Positions 1-13,100 of a stretch of 64,000 bases of DNA are shown here, in pieces. The notes below the pieces were generated by a model. The model had not been told where the DNA came from, did not search any database, and saw only the letters and a list, made by a program, of their open reading frames with translations. The stretch is taken from positions 57,522,660 to 57,586,659 of the forward strand of contig NC_057718.1 in NCBI RefSeq assembly GCF_004010195.1, in the 5' to 3' direction. Position numbers and translations under genes: made by a program. This DNA is from Chiloscyllium plagiosum (lineage: Eukaryota). Position 1 is the stretch's first letter; each line of letters begins with the position of its first letter.

Positions 1-360
1 TTGGAACGGCGAAGGATGATGGGTGACTTGATAGAGGTTTATAAGATTATCAGAGGAATAGATAGAGTAGACAGTCAGAGACTTTTTCCCCTGGTACAAC
101 AGAGTGTTACAAGGGGACATAACATTATGGTGAAGGGTGGAAGGTATAGGGGAGATGTCAGGGGTGGGTTCTTTACCCAGAGAGTGGTGTGGGCATGGAA
201 TGCGCTGCCTGTGGGAGTGGTAGAGTCAGAATCTTTGGTGACCTTTAAGCGGCAATTGGATAGGTACATGGATGGGTGCTTAAGCTAGGACAAATGTTCG
301 GCACAACATCGTGGGCCAAAGGGCTGTTCTGTGCTGTATTGTTCTATGTTCTATGTTCTA
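1..360 (+). mobile_element. CR1-clade LINE 3' end (ORF2 C-terminus, 3' UTR and GTTCTAT-repeat tail)
   Basis: ORF 1..288 (GDLIEVYKII...FFTQRVV.AWNALP...FKRQLDRYM) is the typical CR1 ORF2 C-terminus; the tail gttctatgttctatgttcta ends at 360. Confidence 0.92.
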
Positions 361-620
361 GATATGCAGAAGGAAAGGGTTGTGATGTGAGTAGGTTTTG
401 GGATGGTGCAAAATGAGGCTTGTACTCCAGGCAGAAGGGGGAAGTTGAGGTGAGATTTTTCGGCACAACATCGTGGGCCAAAGGGCTGTTCTGTGCTGTA
501 TTGTTCTATGTTCTATGTTCTAGATATGCAGAAGGAAAGGGTTGTGATGTGAGTAGGTTTTGGGATGGTGCAAAATGAGGCTTGTACTCCAGGCAGAAGG
601 GGGAAGTTGAGGTGAGATTT
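297..620. repeat. Perfect 162-bp tandem duplication (297-458 = 459-620)
   Basis: Direct comparison: ttcggcacaacatc...gaggtgagattt occurs twice back to back. Confidence 0.93.
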
Positions 621-1559
621 GAGAAGGGACAGCAGGCAGAAATATACGATCACCTCAGATGTTCTCAACAATCCTGCAATCCTGGATGCAATAGTCACAG
701 TAATAGCGAGCACCAAAGTCTTTGTCAGGATCAGCAAGATGCTTGTGTGCCTATAGCTTTTTGATTCTCTGCTACTTCAGGGACACCTTGTCCTGAAAGA
801 GAGAGGGAACAATGTGAGTAAATTTGTTATAACACCTGAGGTTCTCCAGGAATTGATATTCCTGCTCACTAACTCCTACTTCCTCTCAAGATGCACCTTG
901 CAAGCCTCCTGGTCCTCCTCTGGAAACATGGCATCTCTCCTTTTCTTTCAACCTTCATCATTGTTGCTTTCGATCATGGGAGAATTTTCTGCTGCCAGTT
1001 GCACCATTTGATGTACTTTTGCTATTAAAGAAATCTTCCAGAGACAATTATAATAGCTCTCTTTGCATAAGTTCAGCTATCCTTTAAGTGGCCCAGGCTA
1101 GTTGTGTGTTGTAAATTGGCACAGATTCTAGTCCTGGGTTCCAGACCTTTAAGACAGTTACATGACATCATAGCATGTGGCATTCTTGTATAAAGATACC
1201 AATCCTGTCTGCAATCACTCTCTCTGTTTAGAAAATCCATTGTAGTCTGTCAGTTATATGTATTTGTAATGTTCAGTAACTTCAGTAAGCATATAAACTC
1301 TACCATGTGTGTAAGTCTGTCATATCACAGCCTTATAAATTGTTAGTATTGTAAATAAACTTCAGACATCTGCCTCAAGAAGAATCTGACTATCAGGTAT
1401 ATGTTATGCAGAATAACACATAATAAACCTCAAAATGGCTTCGTTGAACATCATGTTAACCACACTTTACTGGACCTGCTGGGCTACATGCTGGAATAAT
1501 TTAGATGAGCAAGAGCACAAAGTGTGCACACCATGTAATTATGTGCTGTGATACCCATG

Positions 1560-3292
1560 CCAAGCTTCTATAAATATGTGAAAAAAAAATGTTTAGTAAA
1601 GACAAATACAGGTCCCTTACAGCCAGAAACTGGGGAAATTATAATGAGGAAACAAAGAAATGGCAGGAGAATTGAACACATACTTTGGTTCTATCTTCAT
1701 AAAAGAGGACACAAATCACCTACTGAAAATGTTAGGGAACCAATGGTCTAGTGAGAAGGAGGAATTGGATGAAATCAGTACTGATGAAAATAGTGCTAGG
1801 AAAATTACTGAGTTAAAGGCTGACAGATCACTGGGGCTGTAGAGTACGAAAGGAAGTAGTTCAGGAAATATTGGATGCACTGGTAGTCATCTTGCAAAAT
1901 TCTACAGACTTTGGAGTGGTTCCTACAGATAGGAGGGTGGCAAATGTTTAAAAAAGGAGGGAGAGAAAGATCAGAGGATTACAGACCAGCTCAATCTAAC
2001 ATCAGTACGTGAGAAAATACGAGAATCTATTGTAAAATAAGTGACAATAGAACCCTTATAAAGCATTAATTGGATTGGACAAAACGAGCATGGGTTTATG
2101 AAAGATAAATCATGCTTGAAAAATCTACACGAGTTTTTTAAAGATCTAGCTAGTAGTATGAATAAAGGAGGGCCTGTGGATGCTGTATACTTGGATTTCC
2201 AAAAGACTTTTGTTAAGATCCCACATAAGAGGTTAGTGGGCAAAATTAAAGCATTTTGTGAGAAGGGGTATATTAGCATGGATTGAGGATTACTTGGCAG
2301 ACAGAAAAACAAGTGTGGGAATAAATGGATGTTTTTCTAGATGGCAGGTAGTTAGTAATGCTGTACCACAGGGATTAGTGTTTGGGCCCAGCTATTTCAC
2401 AATATATATAAATGACCTGGATGAGAAAACCAAATGCAACATCTCAAAGTTGGCTGATGACACAAAACTAGGAAGGATTGTGAGTTGTGAGGAGGATGCT
2501 AGGAAGTTTTAAGGTGAGTGAGTGGGCAAGCACAAGGCGGATGCAATACAATGTAGCTAAATGTAAAAGTCATACATTTTGGTCTGAAAAACAGGATGAC
2601 AGAGAGTTATCTAATTGTGATATATTGAGAAAGATGGATGTATAAAAGGATCAGGGTGTCCTTGTATACTTGTCAATGAATGAAGACAAGTAGGTAGAGC
2701 AAGCAATTAGAAAAGCAAATAGTATATTGGCCTTCATTGCAAGAGGATTTGAGTTCAGAAGTAGGGATGTCTTATTATAGTTATACAGGGCTTTTGCAAG
2801 AACCGAGAGTGTTAGGTACAGTTTTGGTCTCCCTACTTAAGAGAGGATATACTTGCCATAGAGGGAGTGCAGCAAAGGTTCACTATACTAATACAAGGGA
2901 TGGCACGATGGTCTTCTGTGGAGAGATTGGTTTGACTGGACCTGCATTTATTAATGGATGAGAGACAATCTGATTATACGTATAAAATTCTAAGAGAGCT
3001 GAACAGACTAGATTCAGGGAGGATGTTTTCCTTGGTTGCGGAATCTAGAATAAAGAGTCAAGATGTCAGGTTTAGGAGGGCCATTTAGAACTGCGATGAG
3101 GAAACTTTCTTCATTGAATGGGCAGTGAAACTTTGATATTCTCTACAACAGAATGCTGTGGATTCCAAGTTACTCAAGTTGGAGAAAGTGTAAATATGGT
3201 GTTGAAATTGAGGATTCGCCATATTCATACTGAATGGTGAAGCTGGCTCAAAAGGCTGAATGTCCTTCTCCTGCTCCTAGTTTCTATGTTTG
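1560..3292 (+). mobile_element. Degenerate 5'-truncated CR1 LINE (RT region to 3' tail)
   Basis: Frameshifted RT fragments KSCLKNLHEFF, VDAVYLDFQKTF, VPQGLVFGP..FTIYINDL, KLADDTKLG; tail ctcctgctcctagtttctatgttt. Confidence 0.9.
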
Positions 3293-4714
3293 CAATCAAC
3301 TTTCTCACCAACACTTTTTTAAAAGTCAGTTCCTGTAATAAGTTCTCCAAGTTTCCTGAACAGAATCTGATGTAAGTTTCAGATGCAGATATCTAATGTT
3401 TTTGCAAAGTCATAGTTCATAGATTGAATTTAAATATAGGTTCAAACAGTCCAGGAGGCATTTTGATCAGGCATGTGCATGTTTATTTGGAGGTACTAAT
3501 GTTTCACATTTTGGATTTATTTGCTTTGTCACTGACAAATAGCACTTTTTCAACCACACCTTACTTTACATCTCACTCAAACATGGCTTATAAATTAGCT
3601 GGAGAAAATTAATCCTACTATGCTAACCTTTAACAGAACTAATCATTTGTGACGTGAGGATTTGTGGCATTTTACAAAGAATCATATGAAATGAAAGATC
3701 ATGGAAAGACCATAATGCTACTTGGAGCTGAGAGAAAGCTTTTTCTTTCAGATTATTGAAGCAAGAAACTCAGAGTGGAATTTTTCATCCTTTTGTTTAT
3801 CAAATTTTTGCTGATGAAAGAGTTCCCTTGATGTGAAAATGAGTCATCTCTTGGTCTTCCAAAAATACAAATGCTGACTGTTGTTTTTTTTAATGCAACA
3901 TAAATCTTATTTTCAAAATCTGATGTTTCTTGAAATTATTAATAATATATTTCTGAATTATTTTGGTTTTCCTTTCACAAATGGCATATTTATATTTAAG
4001 AACATTTACACTTTGATTCCATAACTGTACAAAAAAAATGTTTGAGGCAATTTAACTCTATCTGCCCTGAAGCAATTGGATAGAGAAGGAGCAAGGTCAT
4101 TTACGAACGCCCAACTTACTTACCTACAGGTGGAAATTTTAAACCTGCTCAATTGAGATTAGTGAAAATTACAATTGGGAGAGAAGTTAAACTGGCTTTT
4201 AATTCATTGACATTTGTTTTGACTAGTTTCACAAATCTCTTCCAACAATTATATATATGCTTTATTACACTTCTACAGTGCACCTTCTTTATGGTTCCTC
4301 TTCTTTTGTGCTGCCTCTAAATGTGATGTTGATGGGGAGAGTAAATGCAACGGCATGTAATGAAATACATTGATTCTTAGTGGAAGTTACATGGCACACT
4401 GCTCATGCTAACTTCTGTATAATATCATGAGATGATTCTGAAACTATGGAGGACACTTCAGCTCTGTACCATATTGCAACTTCTGGTTATGATGTGATAC
4501 CTCTCTGATCTGCTGAGGGGGATGTTAGGTGCCGGCGAAACATAATCTTGGCCACTACTTCAGAATGATAAATCCAATATCAATGCACTCGCTGAGCAAT
4601 CATGCCATGGATCCCTGGGGATTCCCTGCAGAATGTCACTTCCTCCATTCATTTTTCAGTTTTTAAATAAACCTTTGGGAGCCTGCACAGATTTGTTTGA
4701 GACATTCATGTGAC

Positions 4715-4890
4715 ATGAATGTCATTGGCACCAGTATTTATTGTCATCCCTAATTGTTTTTGAGCAGGTGATGATAAGTCACCTTCTTGAACAGTAGAAG
4801 TCCACATAGTTCAAGTCCTCCCTTATTAAATCAACGGTTTCAGATTTTGACCCAGCAACTTTAAACTAACAGTGATGTGGTTCCAAGCCT
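4715..4890 (-). mobile_element. LINE/SINE 3'-tail fragment (caattagggatg...aataaat family)
   Basis: Reverse complement resembles the tails at about 18255-18310 and 33505-33590. Confidence 0.5.
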
Positions 4891-6877
4891 ACTCCCTATA
4901 ATTTTAATCTTATTTATCAATGCATTCTTGGATCCCTCACACCTGGGCCTGCTGCCCTGCAACTTTTCAGTTGCTCCTGCTTTTCAATGACTATGTCATT
5001 GATGACAAGAAGAATGTGAATAGTTATTTATATTTTTTACTTACTGTATTTAACCTAATTACCTTTCTGGGACTGTGACTGGCAAATCAGTGCACTAAAA
5101 TTCCATGGGCTTCTCCATAGGACAAATAATTGCATGCAGAAGCCATAAGGAAGGAAACATTTTTTCTCTTTGTTTTAATATTTTTGGTGGGCTGCTAAAA
5201 TAAACATGTTACTTGTTGGAATCGGTTTTGATGGAACTAAGCATCCACTTCTGTTTTTCATTCACAAAAAATTTATAGAAGACACACTTTTGGCAGGCCT
5301 CATCTGTACAGAAAGATTGTTCTTCAAGGCACTCTTCAAGTTTTTATTGGCTTTAATTCTTGCTGGCCTATCATCTCCGAAGTGCCAAGGAAAGTGACCT
5401 GACCTGGATCTTATGATTACTTCAGTAGGAAATGTTTTTCATTTTAGGAAAATAACGCTTCTGCTGAACAAAACACAAAATTGGATAACTTGAGCACTGT
5501 GTGCCTTTCTCATTTTGTTGTTTTTGCAATGTTTTATGTTATTAAAAAATTGATAGGTAAAATCTCCCTGTTCTCTCAAATAAATGATTTCTGTTATCGT
5601 GCGAGAGTTAAAACCGAGCATCTTTACACAGCTTTGCACAATTTTCACTCTGTGGTCGCCGGTGTTGGCTGACTTAACTCTGTTCTATCGCCAGGTAACA
5701 TAATTTGCCAGGCACTAGTAGAAATGAATGTTTTCACGTGTGATGTTTAATATTTCACTCCATAAGTTACATGCAGAAACCAAAATATATAAATAAATGC
5801 TGACTTCTTAAATGAGCCAGGGCTCTATGTACACAGCAGGGTATTGCTGAATTGAAATTTCCTTTTCAGTTTAGTGGCTTCGGAGTCCTAATTTGTTAAA
5901 TGTGCAGACCAGATGAGTAGAGAACAATGCCTTTTCCAGATGTGACCATGTACTATTTTTTAAAACACAGGTGCTCCACCCCCCCCACCCAGAAAGCATG
6001 GAGTCCTGCCATTGAAATGAGATGTCCCCATGGGTCAAAAATGTGAGGTGGTTGCTAAATTCGCTGGTGATAATAATAATTTTGTCCCTAAGGGAAGGAC
6101 TTGCATGTGCCCAGCAGCAGCTGCTCTCCAGTGGAAGGAGGTATCCATAAAGGTCGAAATATGTAGAACATGTAACAGATAAACAATACCTGATGTCATG
6201 GAAACGCAAAGAAACAAAATCTTCATGACTCTAAGTAATCTTCACTGTTAAACTTTATGGTGGTCTACTGATTGTTTTTTTTTCAGGAAATGATCATCAA
6301 CAACTGACAGAGCTTCAAAATGCAACAGAACTTTTATCATGATACATAAAATTCCACCAAACTGCAAATGTCTACTTAATTACTTTGGAAGAAATAAAAA
6401 TCCATTTCTCTTAAATATTCAATATTTAGAAACTTCAAGAAAGTAATGATCGGCAGCATAGTGTTGTACGGGTTAAAACTTTTCACAGTGAACTTATTAT
6501 TGCTACATATAAGGAAGCTGCATGAGGTAAATAGGAAAAGATGTGTAATTGGATAATGTTACATAAAGATAATAGAGGGGTGGCTCCCGTGGAAAATTAA
6601 CACAAAAATGGACAAGTTGGCTATATGGCCTATTTCTGTCGTGTAAAATAAAATGGTATGTAATGTCTACCTTGGTTCTAAACAGCAAATAGAATATGTT
6701 TCAAAATTGGCCATGTTTTAAGGCAATTACAAGAGAGGAAGGCATAGGGAAATAGCAAGAATATCAGAGATAATATAAATGTACACAGCCCCAGAATGGC
6801 TTGTTACAAAGCAGCATTGGCAGATATCAGCTCCCAGGATAATTCGGCTGATGGCAGCCAGTGTTGGGTGTTCTCTA

Positions 6878-9800
6878 AAAGAAAAACAGAAGTTGCTGGA
6901 AAAGCTCAGTAGGTCTGGCAGCATCTGTGAAGAGAAATCGTGACCCTTCCTCAGAGCTGATGGTAGCCAGGAAAATGTGCAGAAGATGGGTTGGGGGGAG
7001 GGGTAAGGAGTAAATGATAAGTCGGGATAGAGCCAAAGAGAGAGAACTGTTAGACAGACAAAGGATAATGATCTGGCTAGGAGAGTGAATAGATATTAAT
7101 GGAGACTGTTATTGGCTAAAAATAGGGAGTGTTTATTGGCAGACTATGTGATAACAAGTCCTGGTATATATGGTAGGTAACTAGAACATAGGGGAGTTCA
7201 GGCCCTAAAATTATTGAACTTATATTGGGTCTGGAGGGCTTCAGGTCCCAAGTGGAAAATAAGGTGTTGTTCTTCCAGTTGCATTGAGCTTTGCTGGAGC
7301 ACTGCGGCAAACCTGACACAAAGATGTCGGCCAGGAAACAGGGTGGTATGTTAAAGTGGCAGGCACCTGGAAGCTCTGGGTCATTTTTGTAGGCAGAATG
7401 TAGATGTTCTGCAAAGCGGTCATCCAGTCTATGCTTTGTTTCCTCAATGTAGTGGAGACCAAATTGAGAGCAACAAATGCAATAGACTAGATTGTGTGAA
7501 GGGAAGTGCTGCTTCACCTGGAAGGTATGTTTGGGACCTTGGATACTGAGGAAGGAGGAGGTAAATGGGCAGGTTTTACACCTACGATGATAGCAGAGGA
7601 AGGTGCCGTTGGACTGTGGGGGGTGGTGTTGGGAGTGAAGGAAGAGTGGATTAGGTTGTCCTGGAGGGAATGGTCCCTGCAAACGGCGGACAAAGGAGGT
7701 GAGGGGAATATGTATCTGGTGGTGTCATCGAGCTGGAGGTGGGGCAAATGGCAACTAATGATCTTCTAGATGTGGTTGCTGGTGGGATGGTAGGTAAGGA
7801 TAACGGGAATCCTATCGCTGTTGTGGGAGGAAAGAGAGGGGTGATGGTGGAACTATGGGAGATGGGTCAGAATGGTTGAGAGCCCTATCGACAACGGTGC
7901 TGGGGAGTTCTCAGTTAAAGAAGAAGATGGGCGTTTCAGAGGCCCCCTTGTTGAAATTGGCCTCATGGCAACATATGTGATGGAGATGGAGGAACTGGGA
8001 GAATGGAATGGAATTTTTTCAGGAAGCAAGGTGTGAGGATGTATCGTCCAGGTAGCTGTGGGAGTTGGTGGATTTATAGTGGACATAAATGGCCAGTTTA
8101 TCCCCAGAAATGAAAATAGAGATGTTGAGGAAGGGAGGAGTCAGAGATGGACCAGATGGAAGTGAGGGTGAGGTGGAAATTGGAAGTGAAATCAATTAAA
8201 TTTTCCAATTCTGGATGGGAGAGGGAAACAGCACTGATGATATCATCAATATATTAGAGAAAGAGTTGTGGGTGGGGGCCAGAATAGCACTGCAACAATG
8301 AATGTTCCATGAAGAGACAGGCAGAACTGGGGCCCATGCACGGACCCATAACCACCCCTCTGACCTAGAGTTAAAAGAGAAGTTGTAAAATGTGAGGACA
8401 AGCTCGGCCAAGCAGAGGAGGGTGGTGGTGGGTGTAGAAGGTTTTGCTCGAGGCTTTAAGCTCCAGGAAGAAACGGAGAGCCCTGAGATCATCCTGGTGG
8501 GGAATGGATGTGTAAAGGGACTGCGTGTCCATGGTAAAGAGGAGGCAGCTGGAGCCTCAAACTGGAAATTCCGAGACTGGGGTAAAACGTCAGAGGAATC
8601 GTGGATGTAAGAGGACAAGGACAGGACCAGTTTTCTAAGACCAAGTCAAGGTAGGAAGAGATGAGTTCTATGGGGCAAGAGCAGGCAGAAACAATGGGTT
8701 TGGGAAGATGGTAGAAGTGAACTGTGTGGAACTGGGGGACTGTCAGCTTGGTGGCAGTTGGGAGATCGCCAGATGAAATGAGGTCAGTGACCATAATTGA
8801 TACAATGGCCTGATGTTTGACGGTGGGGTCATGGTCCAAGGGAAGACAGGAGGAGAGATGCTATGTGAGAACTGGCGCTCAGCTTCTGAAATGTAGAGGT
8901 CAGTACAACAGACTACAACAGTGCCATCCTTATTGGTAGGCTTAATAACAAAGTTAGAGTTGGATCTAAGTGCATGGAGTGCAGTCCGTTCTAGGGGAGA
9001 CAGGTTGGATTGGTGAGGGGGGCAGAGAAATTGAAGAGACCAATGTCAAGTCAACAGTTCTTAATGAAAAGATGGGGAGCAGGTAAAAGGCCAGGGAGAG
9101 GGATCCAGGTGGAGGGAGACTGTTGGAGCTGGGCAGAGGAGTCTGTGGGGCTTGTCCAAAAAAATGGGATGGAGGCAAAGACAATGAAAGAAGACTTGAC
9201 CATTATGTCATGCCCGAAGTATGCAGAGGGAAAAAACTGAGTACAGAACGTTCAGCATCGAAGAGCAGAAGGTTAGGAGGGATGGTGAATACCTGCAGGG
9301 GGTAGGGTTGAGGGAGGGGATGGAGAGGGGAGGAAGGTTCCAGAGGGCCATGGGTATCCCAGAGTTGTTGCATCTTGCGTGCCCGAAAAGAAAGGTTTCT
9401 GGTTAACGTGGCAAATGAGCCGGAGGATGAAGTGGAACTGGGCAGTGGTGCAACCCTGAGCCAGTGGGATGTGATGCAGCTGGAGAGTGATCAAATGTGT
9501 GCATGTGACACCCACATGGCACTGAGTGTGGATCTGAGAATATGGCAAGAGCAGCTGTCTGTGGAACAATGAACATCACGGAAATACCTGTGACCCTGAG
9601 TGGATTCAAAGCACGAGGGATGAAGCTTGAGTTGGAATCCATGTGGGGTGAGTCTGAGCCAGAGGCAGTCACGGAGGAATGTGATATGGCTGTGGAAATG
9701 TGTTTCAGCAAATACCTAGTCAAACACCAAGAGCGACAGGGAAATTAACGTTGGTGGACAAGAAGAAAGGTTGGAACAGAAATCCCATTGGAGAGAGGAG

Positions 9801-10190
9801 CAAAACTTTAAGGTGGGCATGCCTAGAAGAGATTTGGCAGTGAGTTAAATACTAAGTAAAAGCAAAAAGAACTGCAGATACTGTAAATCAGAAATAAAAA
9901 CAGAAGTTGCAGGAAAAGCTCATCAGGTCTGGCAGCATCTGTGATGAGAAATCAGAAGTAACGTCTCTGGTCTGGTGACCTTTCCCCAGAACTGATGGTA
10001 GTTAGGAAAATGTTGGTTTATAAGCAGAAGATAGAGTGGGGGAGGGTGATAGGTGGAAACAAAAGATGGGAATAGAGCCCAAAGAGAGAGAAGAACAGTT
10101 GGACAGACAAAGGAGTGGTTTATGATCTGGCTAGGAGAGTGAAAAGATGTTAACTGAAACTGTTAGTGGCTAATGGGTGTATTCATGGTA
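6878..10190 (-). mobile_element. Near-full-length, decayed Penelope-like retroelement (RT + GIY-YIG) with direct pseudo-LTRs at about 6878-7140 and 9860-10190
   Basis: Minus ORF 7116..7682 has the CxxC linker and GIY-YIG motif (CKTC...NLVYCICCSQFGLHYIEETKHRLDDRFAEHL); RT-like fragments at 8196-8839 (PIVSACSCP.ELISSYLD, SYIHDSSD, LAELVLTFYNFSFN); aaaaacagaagttgc.ggaaaagctca...ggtctggcagcatctgtga occurs at both ends in the same orientation. Confidence 0.88.
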
Positions 10191-13100
10191 AGGCAAACAG
10201 GAAGACAGAACGGATGAAATCTTACACAAGTGTGAAAAAGATTCTAATGATTGGTATATTTTGTCCACAGTATACACATTATTCCAGATGGCCCACTAAA
10301 GCGTATGGTACTAAACAAGAGATTGGAGAAGTATAAATGATCATGAAGTAACAAAAATAACCAGATGTTTTTTGGTAACAAATAGTGCACTACGTTGCAC
10401 CTCCTCAAGGTGGAACCTCATGCTCCTCTCTCTGTGGGGAGTCTGGTGGCAAGGGGCATTTAATCAGGTGGGAGGGTCGCAGGTAGGTACCTTACAATTT
10501 GCCTGCCTCCACCCTAATTAAATCCTTCCTGCACTTCCAGCTGAGGTTCATGAGCAGGTAATGAACGCCATTTAAGGTCCTCACATCACTGTTGCTGATA
10601 TTCACCCAGTGGTGGGTGAAGGGTATGTTCTCTGGGAAACAAGGCAAGCAATCTCTAGTTATTTGTTTGTGGGCTCCTTGGGGTGGATGTGTGGTGGGGA
10701 GAGGGCCGTTCAAAGGCATCTACCGCCTATTAAGTGACCAGGCATCAGAAACAAGGGATGGGTACCCAATGAGAACCAATTCTCTGCCCTTGCTGCTGAC
10801 ACCTCTACCCCCAACCTGAGCAACACCCAATGTGCCATCACTAACCTGTGTTTAGGTCCCTCCTTGATCTGAGGTCCAAGGATAGTGCAATACCAGCAAG
10901 CAGCCATGGACTCCTTGGTGTTGCCACTCAGTATAGAGGGGCTGTTGGCCTCTGATTGGTCATGCTTAATGTAATAGTCTTTCCAAAGAAATATGCAAAA
11001 GACAAATACAACTGTGGGCAATGGGACATCCACACCCTGGGTCCTGGATCTGGGCACAAGGCCCACTACTGGCCAGTTACATGCCTGACTGGTACACGAT
11101 GCAACATATCCTCACAGGAAGGGGCGGCGCAGGATCTCACTTGTTCTCTAGCCAATAGCAAAGATCCCTATTGCCAGTACAAGATTTGGTCCAGTTCTGT
11201 AATGGTTTAGATAAATGTACAAATAAATAAAATATTGAAATTTCAACAATTGAAAATGCATTAAATTACATTCGCGAACTACTAATACAGAAATTTACAT
11301 AAACTCCATGTTGGAATAGGAGCAAAATTATGAATTTATTTTGGCCTAAAAATAGTGTAGTTCAGTAGGAATGCAACAGGGTGTCTGGGCACTAAATTTG
11401 ATAACCCCTAGAAATGGACTTCGGGACAGTGATGCATGGTTAACCTGTGCCCAATGATTGTGAAGCAGACAGTAGGCAACGTTGTGCCACCTGATCATCT
11501 TAACAATTTCATTGACCTGCCATCACTAATTCTATTTCTGGATGCATTAGCAGGAGACCCAATATTGTGAGTGGCTAGCTCCACTTTAAGCAAGCACTGA
11601 TTAGTTGAAGGTAGTCGGCCATCTCAAAAAAGACGTTCATCATGGAAGGAACAAGTGCTGGCACAAAGTGACTCTGATTGAGGAAGCATTGAGGAATGAG
11701 CTGGACTCTAATGTTTTCATACACTGCATTGGAAGCCTGGAGGAGCTGCAAATAAGGAAAGATGACTTATTTCCACAGGGAATCAGGAGACAGTGGGAGT
11801 AGATAGCTTTGGCGGCCATTTATTAGTGCCCAAAGGACTTGAAAAAAGTGTCATGAGAAGTTCTCAGAAAAGCATTCAAGGTCAGTGAATGCATTTTACC
11901 AACTCCACTATTAACCACATCCCATCACTCAATTGCCAACAATCTCTTGCTCAACCTGACATTGGCTGTGTCTACTGCACCTGACACATACACAGTTAAT
12001 ACAACCCTTATTGCAACCATATCTCAAAATAGTGCACAATGTCAGCAAGTCAACCATGACAGCCACACAGATGCATTGGATGACACTCTTGAAACAAAGT
12101 ATTCTTTCTTGTAGAGTAAAGTTGAACATTATGAAAAACAGCAGGGGTTTCCTGGAGAGGAACACGTAAGCCTATATTTCCTCAACGATGTTGGTGCTTG
12201 TCGTTATCACAACAGACATCTGAGGAACACGGCCAGTGGCAGGGCTTATCTTCACTTAACTCCACATCCCTATTTTTCTTCATAATGGCCTCACTGATGC
12301 ATTGTGAAGGTTACAATGCCATCAGGGATGGATCTGTCAGGGCTGGCATTCAGTGTGTGGGAGATAGTCTGACTTGGATGGCCAAGTGCTCTTTCTCATA
12401 TTCCTCATGGAGCAAAAAAAAACACATTCTATGGCCCTTCCTCAAGGATTGTCCAGATTTTCTGTAAAATGTTGAAACCTGGGGCTTCAGTATTCATGTC
12501 AGTTTCAAGGGTGAAATTGGTGATGTTTGCACTCTACCAGGGCACGATTCATCAAACAGTGGGACTAGCATCAGATTTTAGGGTGTGGAAGTATATTTGA
12601 ATAGGTACTGCAATATTTCAGATGGGTTTTCATTGAAGTCCTGTGTCACTGGATATGATTCAGTAGCTGATAGCAGTGATCACCTTTAAGGAGGATGTTT
12701 CCCCAGACAACAGAGGGTCAATATGTGCAAGCATATGAACCCATATTCAGGCTATTCTGGGTAATCCAAGATGGAGGACAGGAAAAACTTGTGGCTGTAA
12801 GAACTATTCCTTTTTTGAGGTAGTTTGGGTGGTGGAGGTGATTTTTTCGAATTTCGGGAGCAGCAATTACTGTTTTATGAGCTGTTGCATTGTTTAAGAA
12901 CTTTGAGAGAAAAAAAGATCAAAACAATGGCACTTTTAAAAGGAGGAAGACGACAAAGCCAGAGACCATATGGTCAAAGAAAGAAACCCACACTGCTGTC
13001 TGACACAGCAGTGAATCTGCACAGTTACTGCCTTTGCTGTTTGAGTTCAAGTATCTCTGGATGTCAGAGTGTTTCTAAGAAAAATTAACAAACCGCAAAA

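Noticed and set aside
1105..1420. Possible solo LTR (TGTGTT...AACACA, internal AATAAA)
   Set aside because: No target-site duplication and no second copy; unsupported
4562..4600. C/D snoRNA-like ATGATAA...CTGA
   Set aside because: Too short, no terminal stem, and not inside a known intron
11400..12800. Possible ancient LTR-retrotransposon pol remnant
   Set aside because: Only vague motif resemblance (RDGSVR) with inconsistent strand; cannot be supported without a search
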